This document shows, piece after piece, positions 24,058-37,779 of a stretch of 64,000 bases of DNA; the first letter of the stretch is position 1, and the number at the start of each line of letters is the position of its first letter. The notes below the pieces were generated by a model. It saw nothing but the letters and a program-made list of their open reading frames with translations. It did not search any database and was not told the origin of the DNA. Source of the DNA: Mustelus asterias (lineage: Eukaryota); the NCBI RefSeq assembly GCF_964213995.1, contig NW_027590141.1, positions 1,178,001 through 1,242,000 on the forward strand, in the 5' to 3' direction. The translations under genes were made by a program, and so were the position numbers.

Positions 24058-24984
24058 ATGGAGAAACCGTGGAAATGTGAGGACTGTGGGAAGAAATTCA
24101 AATACCAGTCACGGCTGGAATATCATCAACACACTCACACTGGGGAGAAACCATTCCCCTGCTCCACGTGTGGGAAGGGATTCGCTCGGTCATCTGACCT
24201 TCTGAGACACCAGCACATTCACACTGAGGAGAGACCGTTCACTTGCTCCACATGTGGGAAGGGATTCATTAATTCATCTGATCTTAGGGTACACCAGCGA
24301 GTTCACACTGGGGAGAGACCATTCACCTGCACCGCATGTGGGAGGGAATTTACTCAGTCAGCCCACCTGCGGACACACCAGCGAGTTCACACCGGGGAGA
24401 GACCATTCAACTGCTCTGTGTGTGGGAAGGGATTCTCTCGGTCGACCCACCTCACTGCCCACCAACTGGTTCACTCTGATCAGAGATCGTTTCGCTGTTC
24501 TGACTGTGAGAAGAGCTTTAAAAGCAGGTACCAGATGCTGACACACCAACGTACCCACACTGGAGAGAGGCCATTCACCTGTTCCGAATGTGGGAAGGGA
24601 TTCATTCATTCATCTGACTTTCTGATACACCAGTGAATTCACACTGGGGAACGACCATACGCCTGCTCCATGTGTGGCAAGAATTTCTCTCGATTATCCC
24701 GCCTTGCTGTACACAAACTGGTTCACACTGATCAGAGACCTTTTAAATGTTCTGATTGTGAAAAATGTTTTAAAAGCAAACGTGAGGTGCTGTCACACCA
24801 ACGTACCCACACTGGGGAGAGGCCGTTCACCTGCTCCAAATGTGGGAAAAGATTCGCCAATTCATCCAACTTTCTGAGACACCAGCGAGTTCACACTGGG
24901 GAGAGGTTGTTTACCTGCTGTGTCTGTGGGAAGGGATTTGCTCAGTCAAACAACCTGGTTCGACACCAGCAAGTTCACAAGTGA
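24058..24984 (+). pseudogene. ZNF-D: 11-finger gene with an in-frame nonsense codon in finger 7 (or a truncated 6-finger gene)
   Basis: ATG at 24058; TGA at 24634-24636 where HQRIH has CGA; the frame continues uninterrupted to the family stop at 24984. Confidence 0.85.
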
Positions 24985-25299
24985 CTGTAGGAGTTGGATT
25001 CTGCTGTTATTACTGCTGTTAATCACATTTGGGTCTAAACCATGTTCATTCTGACTATTTGTGTTATTTCTGCTGATAATAATTGAACTGAAGCTTAATA
25101 TACTGGGTATATCTCAAATTAATCAGCTTTGGTTTAAACACATTGTTGTAGATTTTGTCTTTCCCACTTGAGTGTTTGACATCACCTGTCTGGAGCTCAA
25201 GAAAGGACAGTCTTGGGGAGGATCATATGGCAGGAACAGAACTTCAGCCTGTACACAGTCCAGGAGCACAATGACCATACGCATCTTGTCCCTGTGATA

Positions 25300-27200
25300 A
25301 AATCAAACAGTGTTTATTCTCCGTCTACTTATCTGACCTTTTAGTTTTGTACAGTTTACACTCATCTCCATGGTAACACATATTGTGTTTCCTTCCTTCA
25401 TTTCCAATTTGCCAGTATCAGATTTGTTTTTTCCAATCTATCGAGAACACGATGTGGACCTTCCCAATTTTCCACCTGGCCCACCTTTTTTTAACAATGT
25501 TTTTGACATGACCTCATCACCTGTTGAATGATTAATGTGTGAGGTGTTCCTCCATGGAGGTGTTGAGATGGGCAGCATCCAACCTCTCCACTGTCTGTAG
25601 CAGGGAGGATGCTAAGATTTGTTGGAAATTCTGGAAAACTGCTCATGAGTCTGTCGAGTAGCATTGGGGAGTGGGACCCCGGTGGGAATCACAATCTGGA
25701 TTAGCTGACCCGTCATGACCTGAAATGGACTGTGACCGGGATCATAAACAGGAGGGGAGTGAATGGTCATTGAGATACCAGGCAAGGCAGTGACCCAGTC
25801 ATTGGCCTTAACGAGATCATCAGCTCCCTTCACGATGGCTTTTTTCAATGTTGTTTCTCCAGAGTTATTGAAGCTCTCAACCATCCCACTAGATTGCAGG
25901 TAGATTTGGGAATGTTGTTCCAGACCCACAAGATGACACAGCTGCTGCATTGTTTCTGCAGTGAAATGAGAACCATTGTCACTCTCTGCCCTTTTCCAGA
26001 AAGCCCCATCTGGTAAAGATCTGTTCCCACAAGGTTTTAGCTGTAGTGACTGCTACATTGTTTTTACAAACAGCGCAAGCTTCAGTCCAATAAGTAAACA
26101 TATATATAACTGCCGGTCCCCTCTTAATGTGGAGCGTGGGTCTGTATAATCAATCTGCAGTGTTTCCTTGGGAACATCAATAATATGGGACGTGTTATGG
26201 AACAATACATTTCACAGGGTCTTATTAGTTTGGACACAGATGAGGCACAGTTTCAGGAGGTGATGGACATCCTGATGCATCCTCAGCCACTGATGGTATC
26301 ATAATTATGTATAATATTGAGCACTCAAAAAACAGAAATATTCCCTGCTTTGATCCATCAAATATACTAATTCTTTTTGAAGCTTTCGAGGATTGACTGA
26401 AGTAAAATTTAAACACTGCTTGTGATAGAAAACCTCATTATATCAAATACGTGAGATGCTATGAGGGATGAAAGAAAGTTTCCTCTGGTCTGCACCCTCT
26501 TTGGCCACAGTCATGGGACTTGGCTTCGCATCCAGCCATTTCAGAAAAGAAATCTGGTTCACTAATATTCTTCAGGGAAGGAAATCTGCCGTCCTTACCT
26601 GGTCTGGCCCACATGTGACTCCAGAGCCAGAGCAATGTGGTTGACTCTCAACAGCCCTCAGGCAATTAGAGATGGGCAGTAAATGCTGGCCAGCCAGCAA
26701 CACCCATGTCCCATGAATGCATTTTAAAAAGTCACATCAGGGTGAGAGTCCTGACAAGTTTTTAAATCAGGTTTAATTGGACTCTATCATATCGGTGACA
26801 TTGATTGTGTTTTGGATGGAATCCCTTCCAAAGCAGCTTTCCTGGTGAGTCATTCTGCCTGGTTCTTACCATCACTCTCTTCACTAACTCCTGCTGCTGA
26901 TCTACCTTCACCTGACAAATAGCAGTTTATTGTGGACTCTAACCAGCAACATCCCCAATCATTCAGAGTTGGATTGATGAGGAGTGGCTTCCTTTCTGCT
27001 GTGGAGAAGCTGCATTTCAGAATATTTAGTAGTTACATCAGTAACGATTTGAAGGGCTGTGATCACAATAATGTGAGATTTCTGGGCTAACTGTTGCAGT
27101 TGTGGTGGATATTTAGTAAGGACACTACAACTGCTACAGAGAATCAAAGACACAGCTCCAGTCTGATACAGACCTTGTTCATAAAACTGAGACCTGATCA
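25300..27200 (-). mobile_element. Degenerate ERV/Gypsy-like pol remnant (RNase H plus integrase)
   Basis: QSSGMVESFN..TLKKAI..DWVTALP..GHSPFQVMTG (25612-25950); AICQVKV..GVSEESDGKNQAE*LTRKAALEG at about 26825-26925. Confidence 0.65.
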
Positions 27201-27267
27201 CATAAGCCCCAGGTCAATCTCACAGTGATTTGTCTTTAACAGGTCCATTGGACACGACCCCTTTCAA

Positions 27268-27470
27268 GTTTTAAAGTTTAAACATTTGTGTCACAAGTAG
27301 GCTTACATTAACATTGCAATGATGTTTCTGTGAGAATCCCCTAGTCGCCACACTCCGGCGCCTGTTCGGGTTCACTGAGGGAGAATTTAGCACGACCAAT
27401 GCACCCAACCAACACATCTTTCGGACTGTGGGAGGAAACTGGAGCACCCGGAGGAAACCCATACTGACAA
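27268..27470 (-). mobile_element. V-SINE variant with a non-CR1 tail, 5'-truncated
   Basis: V-domain followed by cccgaacaggcgccggagtgtggcgactagggg..tgtaagcctacttgtga..tttaaactttaa; same tail as the copy at 57456. Confidence 0.75.
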
Positions 27471-27694
27471 GTACATGGGATTCTTTCATTCTGAAACATC
27501 CCAGCTAAGTGATAATTATGAAGATTCAGGACATGAATGTACAATTCTAGAATTCATCCTCTCTTAACACAACAGAATACTTCCTTAACCCTTTATTGAT
27601 AAAGTCACTGTAGTGTATGGGGTCTGCAGAAATATTCAATTAAACTCTACCAGGCACTTTGTGTGCTTAACTAGCCAATGGACACTGATTCCCC

Positions 27695-29360
27695 TTTGTG
27701 TTCACTGTGGAGAAAGACATGACTTGGGAACCTTGGAAAGTTAGTGCCGATTATATTGGGGAAGTTCGCATTACAATAGAGGAGGTGATGGATGTGTCAA
27801 AATGTATGAAGGTGGATAAATCTCCTGGCCCTGACCAGGTATATCCAAGAACACAGTGTGAGGCTAGAGAAGAAATTGCGGGAGCCCTGGCTGAGATACT
27901 TGCATCATTGTTAGCCACGGTGAGGTACCAGTTGACTGGAGGGTAGCAAATATTGTGGCCTTATTTAAGAAGGGCTGCAAAGAAAAACCTGGGAATTATA
28001 GACCGGTAAGTCTAACATCTGTGGTGGGTAAGTTACTAGAGAGGATTCTGAGGGATAAGATATACAGACATTTGGAAAGACAGGGTTTGATTCGGAGTAG
28101 TCAGCACGGCTTTGTGCATGGGAGATCATGCCTCACAAATTTGTTAGAGTTCTTTGATGAAGTGACCAGGAGATTGACGAGGGTAGGGCGGTAGACAGTC
28201 TATATGGACTTCAGTAAGGCCTTTAATTAAGTTCTACATGGTGGGCTGCTCTGGAAGGTTAGATCACATGGAATCCAGGGAGAGCTGACAAATTGGATAT
28301 ACAATTGGCTTGATGGTAGGAAGCAGAGGATAATGGTGGAAGGATGCATCTCGGACTGGGCGCCTGTGACTAGTGGTGTGCCTCAGGGGTCAGTGCTGGG
28401 CCCATTGCTGTTTGAAATTGATATCAGCGATTTGGATGAGAATGTACAAGGCATGATCAGTAAGTTTGCAGATGACAGTAAAATAGGTGCTATTGTAGAC
28501 GGTGAGGAAGTTTATCAACAATTGCAGCAGGATCTTGATCAGCTGGGGAAGTGGGCTGAGAAATGGCAAATGGAGTTCAATACAAATAAGTGTGAGGTGT
28601 TGCATTTTGGAAAGTCAAATCAAGGTTGGGCTTTCATGGTGAATTGCAGGAGTATCGTGGAACAGAGGGACTTCGGAGGTCAGATCTATGGTTTTCTAAA
28701 GGTGGAGTCATAGGTAGATAGGACAGTGAAGACTTTTGGTGTGCTGGCCTTCATCAGTCAGTGCATTAATTATAGTAGTTTGGAAGTATGTTGCAGTTGT
28801 ACAGGACATTGGTGACGCCACACCCGGAGTACTGTGTTCAATTTTGGTCGCCTTGCTACAGGAAAGATGTTACTAAACTGGAAAGAGTGCAGAAGAGATT
28901 TACAAGAATGTTGCCAGGACTCAAGGGACTGAGTTAGGGAAAGATTAGACAGGCTAGGACTTTTTTCTTTGGAGCATAGGAGACTGAGGGGTGATCTTAT
29001 AGAGGTGTATAATATCATGAGTGGCATTGATAGAGTAAATGCACTTATTATTTTTCCCAGGGTTGGGGAATTGAAAACTAGAGGGCATAGGTTTAAGTTA
29101 AGAGGGGAAAGAATCAATGGGAACCTGAGGAGCAACCTTTTTAAACAGAGGGTGGTATGTATGTGGAATGAGCTGCTGGAGGAGTTGAGGCAGGAACATT
29201 GACAACATTTAAAAGCCATTTGCACAGAAGCATGGATAGGAAAGGTTTAGAGGGCGATGGGCCAAATGCAGGCAAATGGGGTTAGTTTAGATGGGCATTG
29301 GCATGGACCAATTTGGGCTGAAGAGCCTTGCTCCGTGCTGTAAACTCTCTGATTCTATGA
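27695..29360 (+). mobile_element. CR1 LINE, frameshifted
   Basis: DKSPGPDQVYPR, PGNYRPVSLTS, GVPQGSVLGPLLF..KFADDSK, tail at about 29350. Confidence 0.92.
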
Positions 29361-29389
29361 CCACACACACTGGGCAGTTAGGGAACGGA

Positions 29390-29650
29390 ATTTGTCGTGG
29401 TGACTGAAGATTTTGGTCTTCCTGAATTTTAACTGCAGGAAATTTCTGCTCATTCAGTACTGGATGTGGGATGAGCAGTTTGGTAATTTAGTAACAGTGG
29501 AGGAATGGAGAGGGATGGGAGTGAGGTAGAGCTGGGTGTTGTCAGTGTACAGGTGAAAACTAACACGGTGCTTTTGGATAATGTCACCCAGTGGCAGCAT
29601 GTGGATGAGAAATAGGAGGGGCCAAGGATAGATCCTCGGGGGACACTGAG
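29390..29650 (-). mobile_element. L2 RT fragment
   Basis: Minus strand reads PRGSILGP..HMLPLGDIIQKHRVSFHLYTDNTQLYL. Confidence 0.7.
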
Positions 29651-30391
29651 TTCAGGGGTTTTGGAGAGGAAAGGCAGGTTGGAGATGGCACAATAATTCG
29701 CAAAGGTGGTGCAGTCAAAAGATTTGATGACGGTGGATTTAAGAGAGACAGTGCCAGAAGAGAGAGAGTAGGGTTGTATTTTTCAAATCTGTATGTAAGG
29801 TAGAGAGGTGGGGAGAACACAGAGGCAGATATAGAGATAAAGACTGAGCGAGAGATGGGGAGAGAAACACAGATGGCAATACTCTGAGATAAAGAGGGGG
29901 AAAGACAACAATAAATAATGAAGGAGCGACAGTGGGTGAGCTAGAGGGGGAGAGAGAGAGAGAGAGAGCTATTGACATGGGGAAGTTGGTTGTCCTGCAG
30001 GTTAGTGAGATTAGGATCAAAGGGAGATGTGAGTTCAGAACCTGGACAAAAACAGACAGTTTACCCCAGTGGTCCAGTGGAAGGGAGGAAGCAGCGGAAG
30101 CAGCTGATCAGATTGTCTCAATGTTTGTGTCAAAGAACCTCCTGAGCTCTTCTCAGTTGTTGGAGGTGAGGATGCAGGAGACAGGGGAGAGGGAGAGCCC
30201 TTCAGAAGAATCTGATTTGTGTTAGAGATATTTTTTAAAAACTGGCCAGTGTTTGATTAAAATGAATCTAATTTAATTGTATTTTGAATCCAGAATACTA
30301 TCTATTATAACTGGATAGGAGTTTATGAACATCAGCAGCAACAGACCCCAATGAACATGGTTCAGGCCTGGATGCGATCCAATCTCTTTAG

Positions 30392-31261
30392 TTACTTGTG
30401 AACCTGTTGGTGCATCAGTAGGTTGGGAAACTTAGTGAATCCCTCTCCACACTTGGAGCAGATGAACAGCCTCTCCCCAGTGTGAACTCGCTGGTGTCGA
30501 TGAAGAGTGGATGACTGAGTGAATCTCTTCCCACACTTGGAGCAGATGAATGGTTTCTCCCCAGTGTGAACTCGCTGGTGTCTCTGCAGAGTGGATGACT
30601 GAGTGAATCTCTCCCCGCACTCTGAACAGGTGAATGGTTTCTCTCCACTGTGAGTGCGCTGGTGTACAGTGAGATGTGACAAACGTCTGAATCCTGTCCC
30701 ACAGTGTGAGCACCTGAACGGCCTCTCCTCAGTGTGAAGACGTTGATGGTACATAAGTTCCTGGGAAGTTTTAAAAGATTTCCCACAGTCTGGGCATTGA
30801 AAAGGTCTCACGTCAGTGTGAACTTGTTGGTGTGTCATCAGGTTGGCTGAAAAAGTGAATCCCTTCCCACACACTGAGCAGATGAATGGTCTCTTGCCGG
30901 TGTGAACTCGCTGGTGGGTCAGCAGGTTGGATGACTGAGTGAATCCTTTCCCACAATCGGAGCAGGTGAATGGTCTCTCCCCAGTGTGAGTGCGCCGGTG
31001 TGTCAGCAGGGTGGAAGATTTAGTAAATCCCTTCCCGCAGTCCGAGCAGGTGAATGGTTTCTCCCCGGTGTGACTGCGATGATGAATTTCCAACTGGGAT
31101 GGGTAATCGAATCCCTTCCCACAGTCCCCACATTTCCACGGCTTCTCCTCAGTGTGGTGACATTGATGTTCTGACAGGGCAGATGGTTGGTTGAAGTCTC
31201 GTCCACACACAGAACATGTGTATAGTTTCTCCCCACTGTGAACAGTGCGTTTTCCTTCCAT
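30392..31261 (-). CDS. ZNF-E: 10-finger C2H2 protein, close paralog of ZNF-C
   Basis: Intact [15 protein letters not shown]; shares the [21 protein letters not shown] and CSHCGTGF fingers with ZNF-C. Confidence 0.9.
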   Translation of the reverse strand: MEGKRTVHSGEKLYTCSVCGRDFNQPSALSEHQCHHTEEKPWKCGDCGKGFDYPSQLEIHHRSHTGEKPFTCSDCGKGFTKSSTLLTHRRTHTGERPFTCSDCGKGFTQSSNLLTHQRVHTGKRPFICSVCGKGFTFSANLMTHQQVHTDVRPFQCPDCGKSFKTSQELMYHQRLHTEERPFRCSHCGTGFRRLSHLTVHQRTHSGEKPFTCSECGERFTQSSTLQRHQRVHTGEKPFICSKCGKRFTQSSTLHRHQRVHTGERLFICSKCGEGFTKFPNLLMHQQVHK

Positions 31262-32196
31262 GATCAAAATCCAATGATATTCAGGGTACGATAAAATAAT
31301 TGACTCTCAGATTTTGATGTGATGTTTAGTTTCCTGTTCCATGACTGCAATCCTTCCCTTCTGTTACTCTGCAAAATTGATTTAAAACAGAAAAAAGGAA
31401 GTGAGAGAGAACCCCCAAAACACAAAGGCAGGTTGTGAAATTGAGCTGAATGAATCTGGGGCCGGCACGAGAAGAAAATGACCATGAAAGCTGCTGGATT
31501 GTTGTAAAAACCCAACTGATTCACTAATGTCCTACAGGGGAGGGAACCTGCCACCTGGTCTGGACAAGACTTTGGCCTCTGAGGGAGGAGAAGGAGGGAG
31601 AGAGGGAAGAAGAGAGAAGTGGAGAGGCAGGAGGCGAAGAAGAGGGATTTTATACATAAACCACTCAGCCAGAACTTTGACCGAATCATTAAACACTGAA
31701 CCTCCTCACCTCAAAGGACCAGGGCAGCGGGATTATGTGAACACTATCACCTGCAAGTTCTCCAACACATACACTGCACTGACTTGTCTGACAATCCACT
31801 TACAGATTAGGAAGTACAAAGCCATTGCCTTCAGTCTCTTCTACAAACTCCATCCCCTGGACATGGACTCCATCCCTCCCACTGGTAACAGTCTGAGGCT
31901 CAACCAGACTGTTCACAGCCAGGGAGTATTTTGTGTAACTGAGATGAGCTTCCAACCACATATCAACATCACCCAGAGCATCTATTTCCACGTCACTGAC
32001 GTCATTGACTCCACCCCAGTCTCAGCTTACCTGCTACTGAAACAATCATTCTTTCCTTTGTTACCTCTAGATGTAATTATCCAAATGCACTCCCAGCCGG
32101 CCTCCCACATTCAACCTCTCTGTAAACTTGAGCTCATCCAAACCTTTGCTGCCCATGTGCTTACTCACATCAAGTCTTGTTCACCCATCACCCCTG

Positions 32197-32615
32197 TGCG
32201 CACTACAAAAGGAACTACAAAAGGTTGTGAATGTAGCCCAATCCATCACGCAACCCAGCCTCCCATCCATTGACTCTGTCTACACTTCTCGCTGCCTTGG
32301 CAGAGCAACCAGCATAATTAAGGATCCCACGCAGCCCGGACATTCTCTCTTCCACCTTCTTCCTTTGGGAAAAAGATACATAAGTCTGAGGTCACGTACC
32401 AACCAACTCAAGAACAGCTTCTTCCCTGCTGCCGTCAGACTTTTGAATGGACTTACCTTGCATTAAGTTGATCTTTCTCTCCACTCTAGCTATGACTGTA
32501 ACACGACATTCTGCACTCTCTCGTTTCCTTCTCTATTTGTATAGCTTTGTATAGCACGCAAGAAACAATATTTTTCACTGTATGTTAATACATGTGACAA
32601 TAATAAATCAAATCA
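32197..32615 (+). mobile_element. Rex1/Babar-like 3' end inside an L2 remnant
   Basis: ELQKVVNVAQSITQ..KNSFFPAAVRLLN; (aaatc)n tail; matches 15460-15868. Confidence 0.85.
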
Positions 32616-32744
32616 AAAATCATGACCTACAAAGGTTCCAGATCAATAAACAAACTATTTCTTTTTAAATTCTCAAGCTTATTTTAAAATTCTTCCATGG
32701 CTCCTACCTATCTCTGTAATCTCCTCGAGACACTCAAAACTCTG

Positions 32745-32922
32745 AGATAGAATCATCGAATTCCTAAATGTGGAAGGAGGCCATTTGGCCCATTGATCCT
32801 GCACTGACAACAATTCCACCCAGACCTTATCCCCATAACCCCACATATTTACCCTGCTAATCCCCCCTGACACTAAGGGGCAATTTAGCATGGCCAATCC
32901 ACCTAACCTGCACATCTGTGGA
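32745..32922 (-). mobile_element. HE1-like SINE 3' half
   Basis: Reverse complement of gatgtgcaggttaggtggattggccatgctaaattgcccc.. plus tail. Confidence 0.75.
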
Positions 32923-33089
32923 GTTGGATCTTTGGAGATCTCTGTACTCTTCTTTCCCTGACCATTCCTTATTTTAAACTGTTTGACCTTTGGAGGCTGC
33001 ATCTTCAGCTGCCAAGCCCACAAGCTGTGAAATTTCCTTCCTAAACCTCTCCCGCATCTCTCCCTCACCTTCCTCCTATAAGATTCTCA

Positions 33090-34030
33090 AAGAACAAAGA
33101 AGAAAGAAAATTACAGCACAGGAACAGGCCCTTCGGCCCTCCAAGGCTGCAGCGACCATGCTGCCCGACTGAACTAAAACCCCCGACCCTTCTGGGACCG
33201 TATCCCTCTATTCCCATCTCATTCATGTATTTGTCAAGATGCCCTTAAAAGTCATGATTGTATCTGCTTCCACTACCTCCCCCAGCAGCAAGTTCCAGGC
33301 ACCCAACACCCTCTGTCTAAAAAAAAAATTTGCCTCATGCATCTCCTTTAAACCTTGCCCCTCGCACCTTAAACCTGTGCCCCCTTGTAATTGACTCTTC
33401 CACCCTGGGAAAAAGCTTCTGACTATCCACTCTGTCCATGCCCCTCATAATCTTGTAGACTTCTATCAGGTCGCCCCTCAACCTCCGTCGTTCTAGTGAG
33501 AACAAACCAAGTTTCTCCAACCTCTCCTCATAGCTAATGCCCTCCACACCAGGCAACATCCTGGTAAATCTTTTCTGTACCCTCTCCAAAGCACCCACAT
33601 CCTTCTGGTAGTGTGGCGACCAGAATTGAACACTATATTCCAAGTGCAGCCTAACTAAGGTTCGATAAAGCTGCAACATGATTTGCCAATTTTTAAACTC
33701 AATGCCCCGGCTGATGAAGGCAAGCATGCCGTATGCCTTCTTGACTACCTTTTCCATCTGCGTTGCCACTTTCAATGACCTGTGTATCTATACACCCAGA
33801 TACCTCTGCCTATGAATACTCTTAAGGGTTCTGCCATTTACTGTACATTTCCTATCTGTATTAGACCTTCCAAAATGCATTACCTCACATTTGTCAGGAC
33901 TAAACGCCATTTGCCAACTCTCCACCCAAGTCTCCAACTGATCTATATCCTGCTGTATCCTCTGATGGTCCTCATCGCTATCCGCAAATCCATCAAACTT
34001 TGTGTAGTCTGCAAACTTACTAATCACACC
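33090..34030 (-). mobile_element. CR1 3' part
   Basis: ORFs 33788-34027 and 33335-33775; close to the copy at 5815-6750. Confidence 0.92.
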
Positions 34031-34394
34031 AGTTATCTCCTCAAAACCTCAAATCAAACCTCAACCATCTGTCCTCATAACTCTTTATATGACTGTGTCA
34101 AATGTTGCCTCATAGAACTCTGTGAAATACCCTGAAATGTTCCATTGCACAAAAAAAAAGTGCTGTCAATACACGTTGTTATTACTAATTTGGAGATATT
34201 TCACGGTTCCTTCATCGTCACTGGGTGAATAATCTGTATCTCCTTATCTAACAGCATTGTGGCAGCACCTTCACCACACAGACTGCAACGGTTCAAGAAG
34301 ATCAAAATTAATCTTCTCCACATGTAACTAGAGAGGGGAGTATTTGCTGCTGGTCTTGTTAATGATGCCTAAATTCCAAAATTAAATTTTAAAC

Positions 34395-35565
34395 ATATAG
34401 AAATAGAAACATAGAAAAACTACAGCACAAAACAGGCCCTTCGACCCCACAAGTTGTGCCGAACATATCCCTACCTTTTAGGCCTACCTATAGCCCTCCA
34501 TCCTATTAAGTCCCATGTACTCATCCAGGGGTCTCTTAAAAGACCCTATTGAGTTTGCCTCCACCACCGCTGACGGCAGCCGATTCCACTCGCCCACCAC
34601 CCCCTAACATTTCCCCTGTACCTACCCACCAGCACCTTAAACCTGTGTCCTCTCGTAGCAGCCATTTCCACCCTGGGAAAAAGCCTCTAAGAGTCCACCC
34701 GATCTATGCCTCTCAACATCTTATATACCTCTATGAGGTCTCCTCTCATCCTACGTCTCTCCGAGGAGAAAAGACCGAGCTCCCTCAGCCTATCCTCATA
34801 AGGCATGCCACTCAATCCAGGCAACATCCTTGTAAATCTCCTCTGCACCCTTTCAACCTTTTCCACATCCTTCCTGTAATGAGGCGACCAGAACTGAGCA
34901 CAGTACTCCAAGTGGGGTCTGACGAGGGTCTTATATAGCTGCATCATTATCCCCGGACTCCTAAACTCAATCCCTCGATTGATAAAGGCCAGCACACCAT
35001 ATGCCTTCTTAACCACCTCCTCCACCTGCGGGGCCGATTTTAGAGTCCTATGGACCCGGACCCCAAGGTCCTTCTGATCCTCTACGGTACTAAGAGTCTT
35101 TCCCTTTATATTGTACTCCTTCATCCCATTTGACCTGCCAAAATGGACCACTACGCATTTATCTGGGTTGAAGTCCATCTGTCCAGTCTTGCATCCTATC
35201 TATGTCCCTCTGTAACTTCTGACATCCCTCCAGACTATCCACAACCCCACCAACCTTCGTGTCGTCGGCAAACTTACCAACCCACCCCTCTACTTCCTCA
35301 TCCAGGTCATTTATGAAAATGACAAACAGCAAGGGTCCCAGAACAGATCCCTGGGGCACACCACTGGTGACCGACCTCCATTTAGAAAAAGACCCATCTA
35401 TACCCACTCTCTGCCTCCTTTGGGCAAGCCAGTTCTGGATCCACAGGGCAGCAGCCCCTTGGATCCCATGCCCTCTCACTTTTTCTCGAAGCCTTGCATG
35501 GGGGACCTTATCGAACGCCTTGCTAAAATCCATATAAACCACATCTACCGCCTTCCCTTCGTCAA
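34395..35565 (-). mobile_element. CR1 3' part with small deletions
   Basis: ORFs 35159-35590 and 34687-35178. Confidence 0.92.
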
Positions 35566-36799
35566 CGTATGTGTGAAACAGAAAAATCACATCTGCAGGA
35601 ATACCTGTTCCTCTAACAATATCCTTTTCCTTTGTACAGATAGTGATTGTTTCACAACCTGATCTCCCTAGAATCTAACTCTCCTGACAATTTCACATTG
35701 GAAATTGCTGGATCCGACTGAGTTCATAAGTTTTTGCGGTTAAACCCAACCGCTTCTCCTATATCTCCATTCCAGCTCCAACTGATACAACAAGGAAAAG
35801 GGAACTGGACAAGACCCCGGAGAGAAAGAAAATGCTGGGTTGTGAGGAAAAGGCAGGGGAATGGGTCTAACTGCCTTGTCCTTGCAGAGAGCCACAAGGG
35901 TGCAACATGCTAAAGGACAGCACTTGTATTGTAATCATTCTGTGATGCTATGAATCAACGAAAAAGGACCTGCACTGGAGGCAAGGGTCCACCCTGATAT
36001 AGATTAGTTCTTAAGTAGTTCCTCTCAATTACTAGACTCAGAAATGTCTGCAATAAAATAAAAGCCCAATACTGATGCTGCTGGAAATCTGAATTAAAAA
36101 GAGCTAATATTGGAAATATTCAGCAGGTCAGGCAGTAGCTGGGGTGAGAAAGACAGAATCAATGATCCAGGGTGTGCAGAATGAACTATGTGGAATAAAA
36201 ATGGTGCCAAATGTAATGTAACCTCAGAAATAGGAGAAGTGGACGAGAACACAGGAAAAACAATTCCTGACTATTCACGATACTGTGGGAAGCTGGTAAG
36301 CCAGCAGCGCATCATTCATTACAATTGGGAACCTTCTTTAGACACAACTGGCAGAAGTGACAGTGAAATACTGAACACAGCTGAAATACACCCATTATTA
36401 GAGAGAGGAGTTAGACACTGGCCGAGAGATGATCAGGGAAAGCAGAGGTGAAACAGAGCAATGAATGCACATGGAGTCAGATCCACAGTAAAGGAGTCAG
36501 ACCAGCCACAAAGACATGGAACCTCTCACAGAGAACAAAGCTCAGCACGAACAACTCTCAATTGAAGAACAATGGTCACAAACATACATCTGTGAAACAA
36601 TTTCACTGTTATAAATTTAAACTCTTCTGTTGGGACCTGCAGCTGGAAAGATATCAGAAACACTGGAGTCAGAGAAAAGTCTCCCAGTTGAGGAAATCCC
36701 TGGGGAGCGGGGGTGATGTCACTGTGGAATTGTGGGTGTGAGATGAGATCACAAGGAGGTACACAGAACATCTGGGTCTGTGCAAACCAGTGATCACCA

Positions 36800-37285
36800 C
36801 ACATTATGGAGGATGTGAGGCTCCTTAAGAGGGTGCAGAGGAGATTGACCTGAATGAATCCAGGGATTATAATTACAATGTTAGGCTGGAGAAACTGGCG
36901 TTATTCTCCTTGGAGCAAAGGAGATTGAGGCAAGATTTGGCAGAGGTGTACAAATTTATGATAGGTTTAGATAAGGTAGATAAAGTTTAACTATTCCCAT
37001 TACACGACAAAGATGCGCGGGTTAGGTTGATTGGCCATGCTTAAATTGCCTCTTAGTGTCCTGAGATGTGTAGGTTAGAGGGATTAGTGGGTAAAATATG
37101 TAGGGATATGGGGGTAGGGCCTGGGTGGGATTGTGGTTGGTGCAGACTCGATGGGCCGAATGGCCTCTTTCTGTACTGCAGGGTTTCTATGATTTCTATG
37201 ACACAGATTGAAGATTTTGAAAAAGATCTACCGGGGGATATGAGGAAGAAATTTTACGCAGTGAGTGGTAATAACCTGGAACCCG
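36800..37285 (+). mobile_element. Degenerate CR1 with a nested SINE 3' half (about 37008-37200)
   Basis: ctggagaaactggcgttattctccttggagc..; aaagatgcgcgggttaggttgattggcc..ctatgatttctatg. Confidence 0.7.
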
Positions 37286-37779
37286 ATGCTTCCACTCAAA
37301 GACCGATAACATCCAGGTGCTGTTAATCAAATGGCGCTCTCAGATATTGATGACCTTTCCATAAATCCTCTTCCAATATCCTGTAAAAGAAATTTACAAA
37401 TCCCAGCACTGTCAGTTCAGAAATGCAATTCAGAAGAGACAAACATTTTTCTTGGTATTAGTTTTGCTGGGTGTAAATTCTCCCCATCTTACTCCCTGTA
37501 AAAGGAGTTTCCAAATCCATCACCGTCAGTCCGGGATGGAAATTCACCATATTCTCTTCTGCTGACAGGGAGCACTGCCCACATGCCCTTCTGCACTTTG
37601 CCCAGTGAAAGTTGGTGGTCAATAACCTGGGTCTGTGATCAGGACACATCCCACAGCTCATGCCTCGTTCAGTGCCAAGGCGTGACTGGTAGCAGACTTG
37701 CAGATCTTTAGACACATGGGGAAGGACATCCCATGAGACAGTGGGATCTGGAGAGCAGGATTTATTTTTCTTTCCTTCT

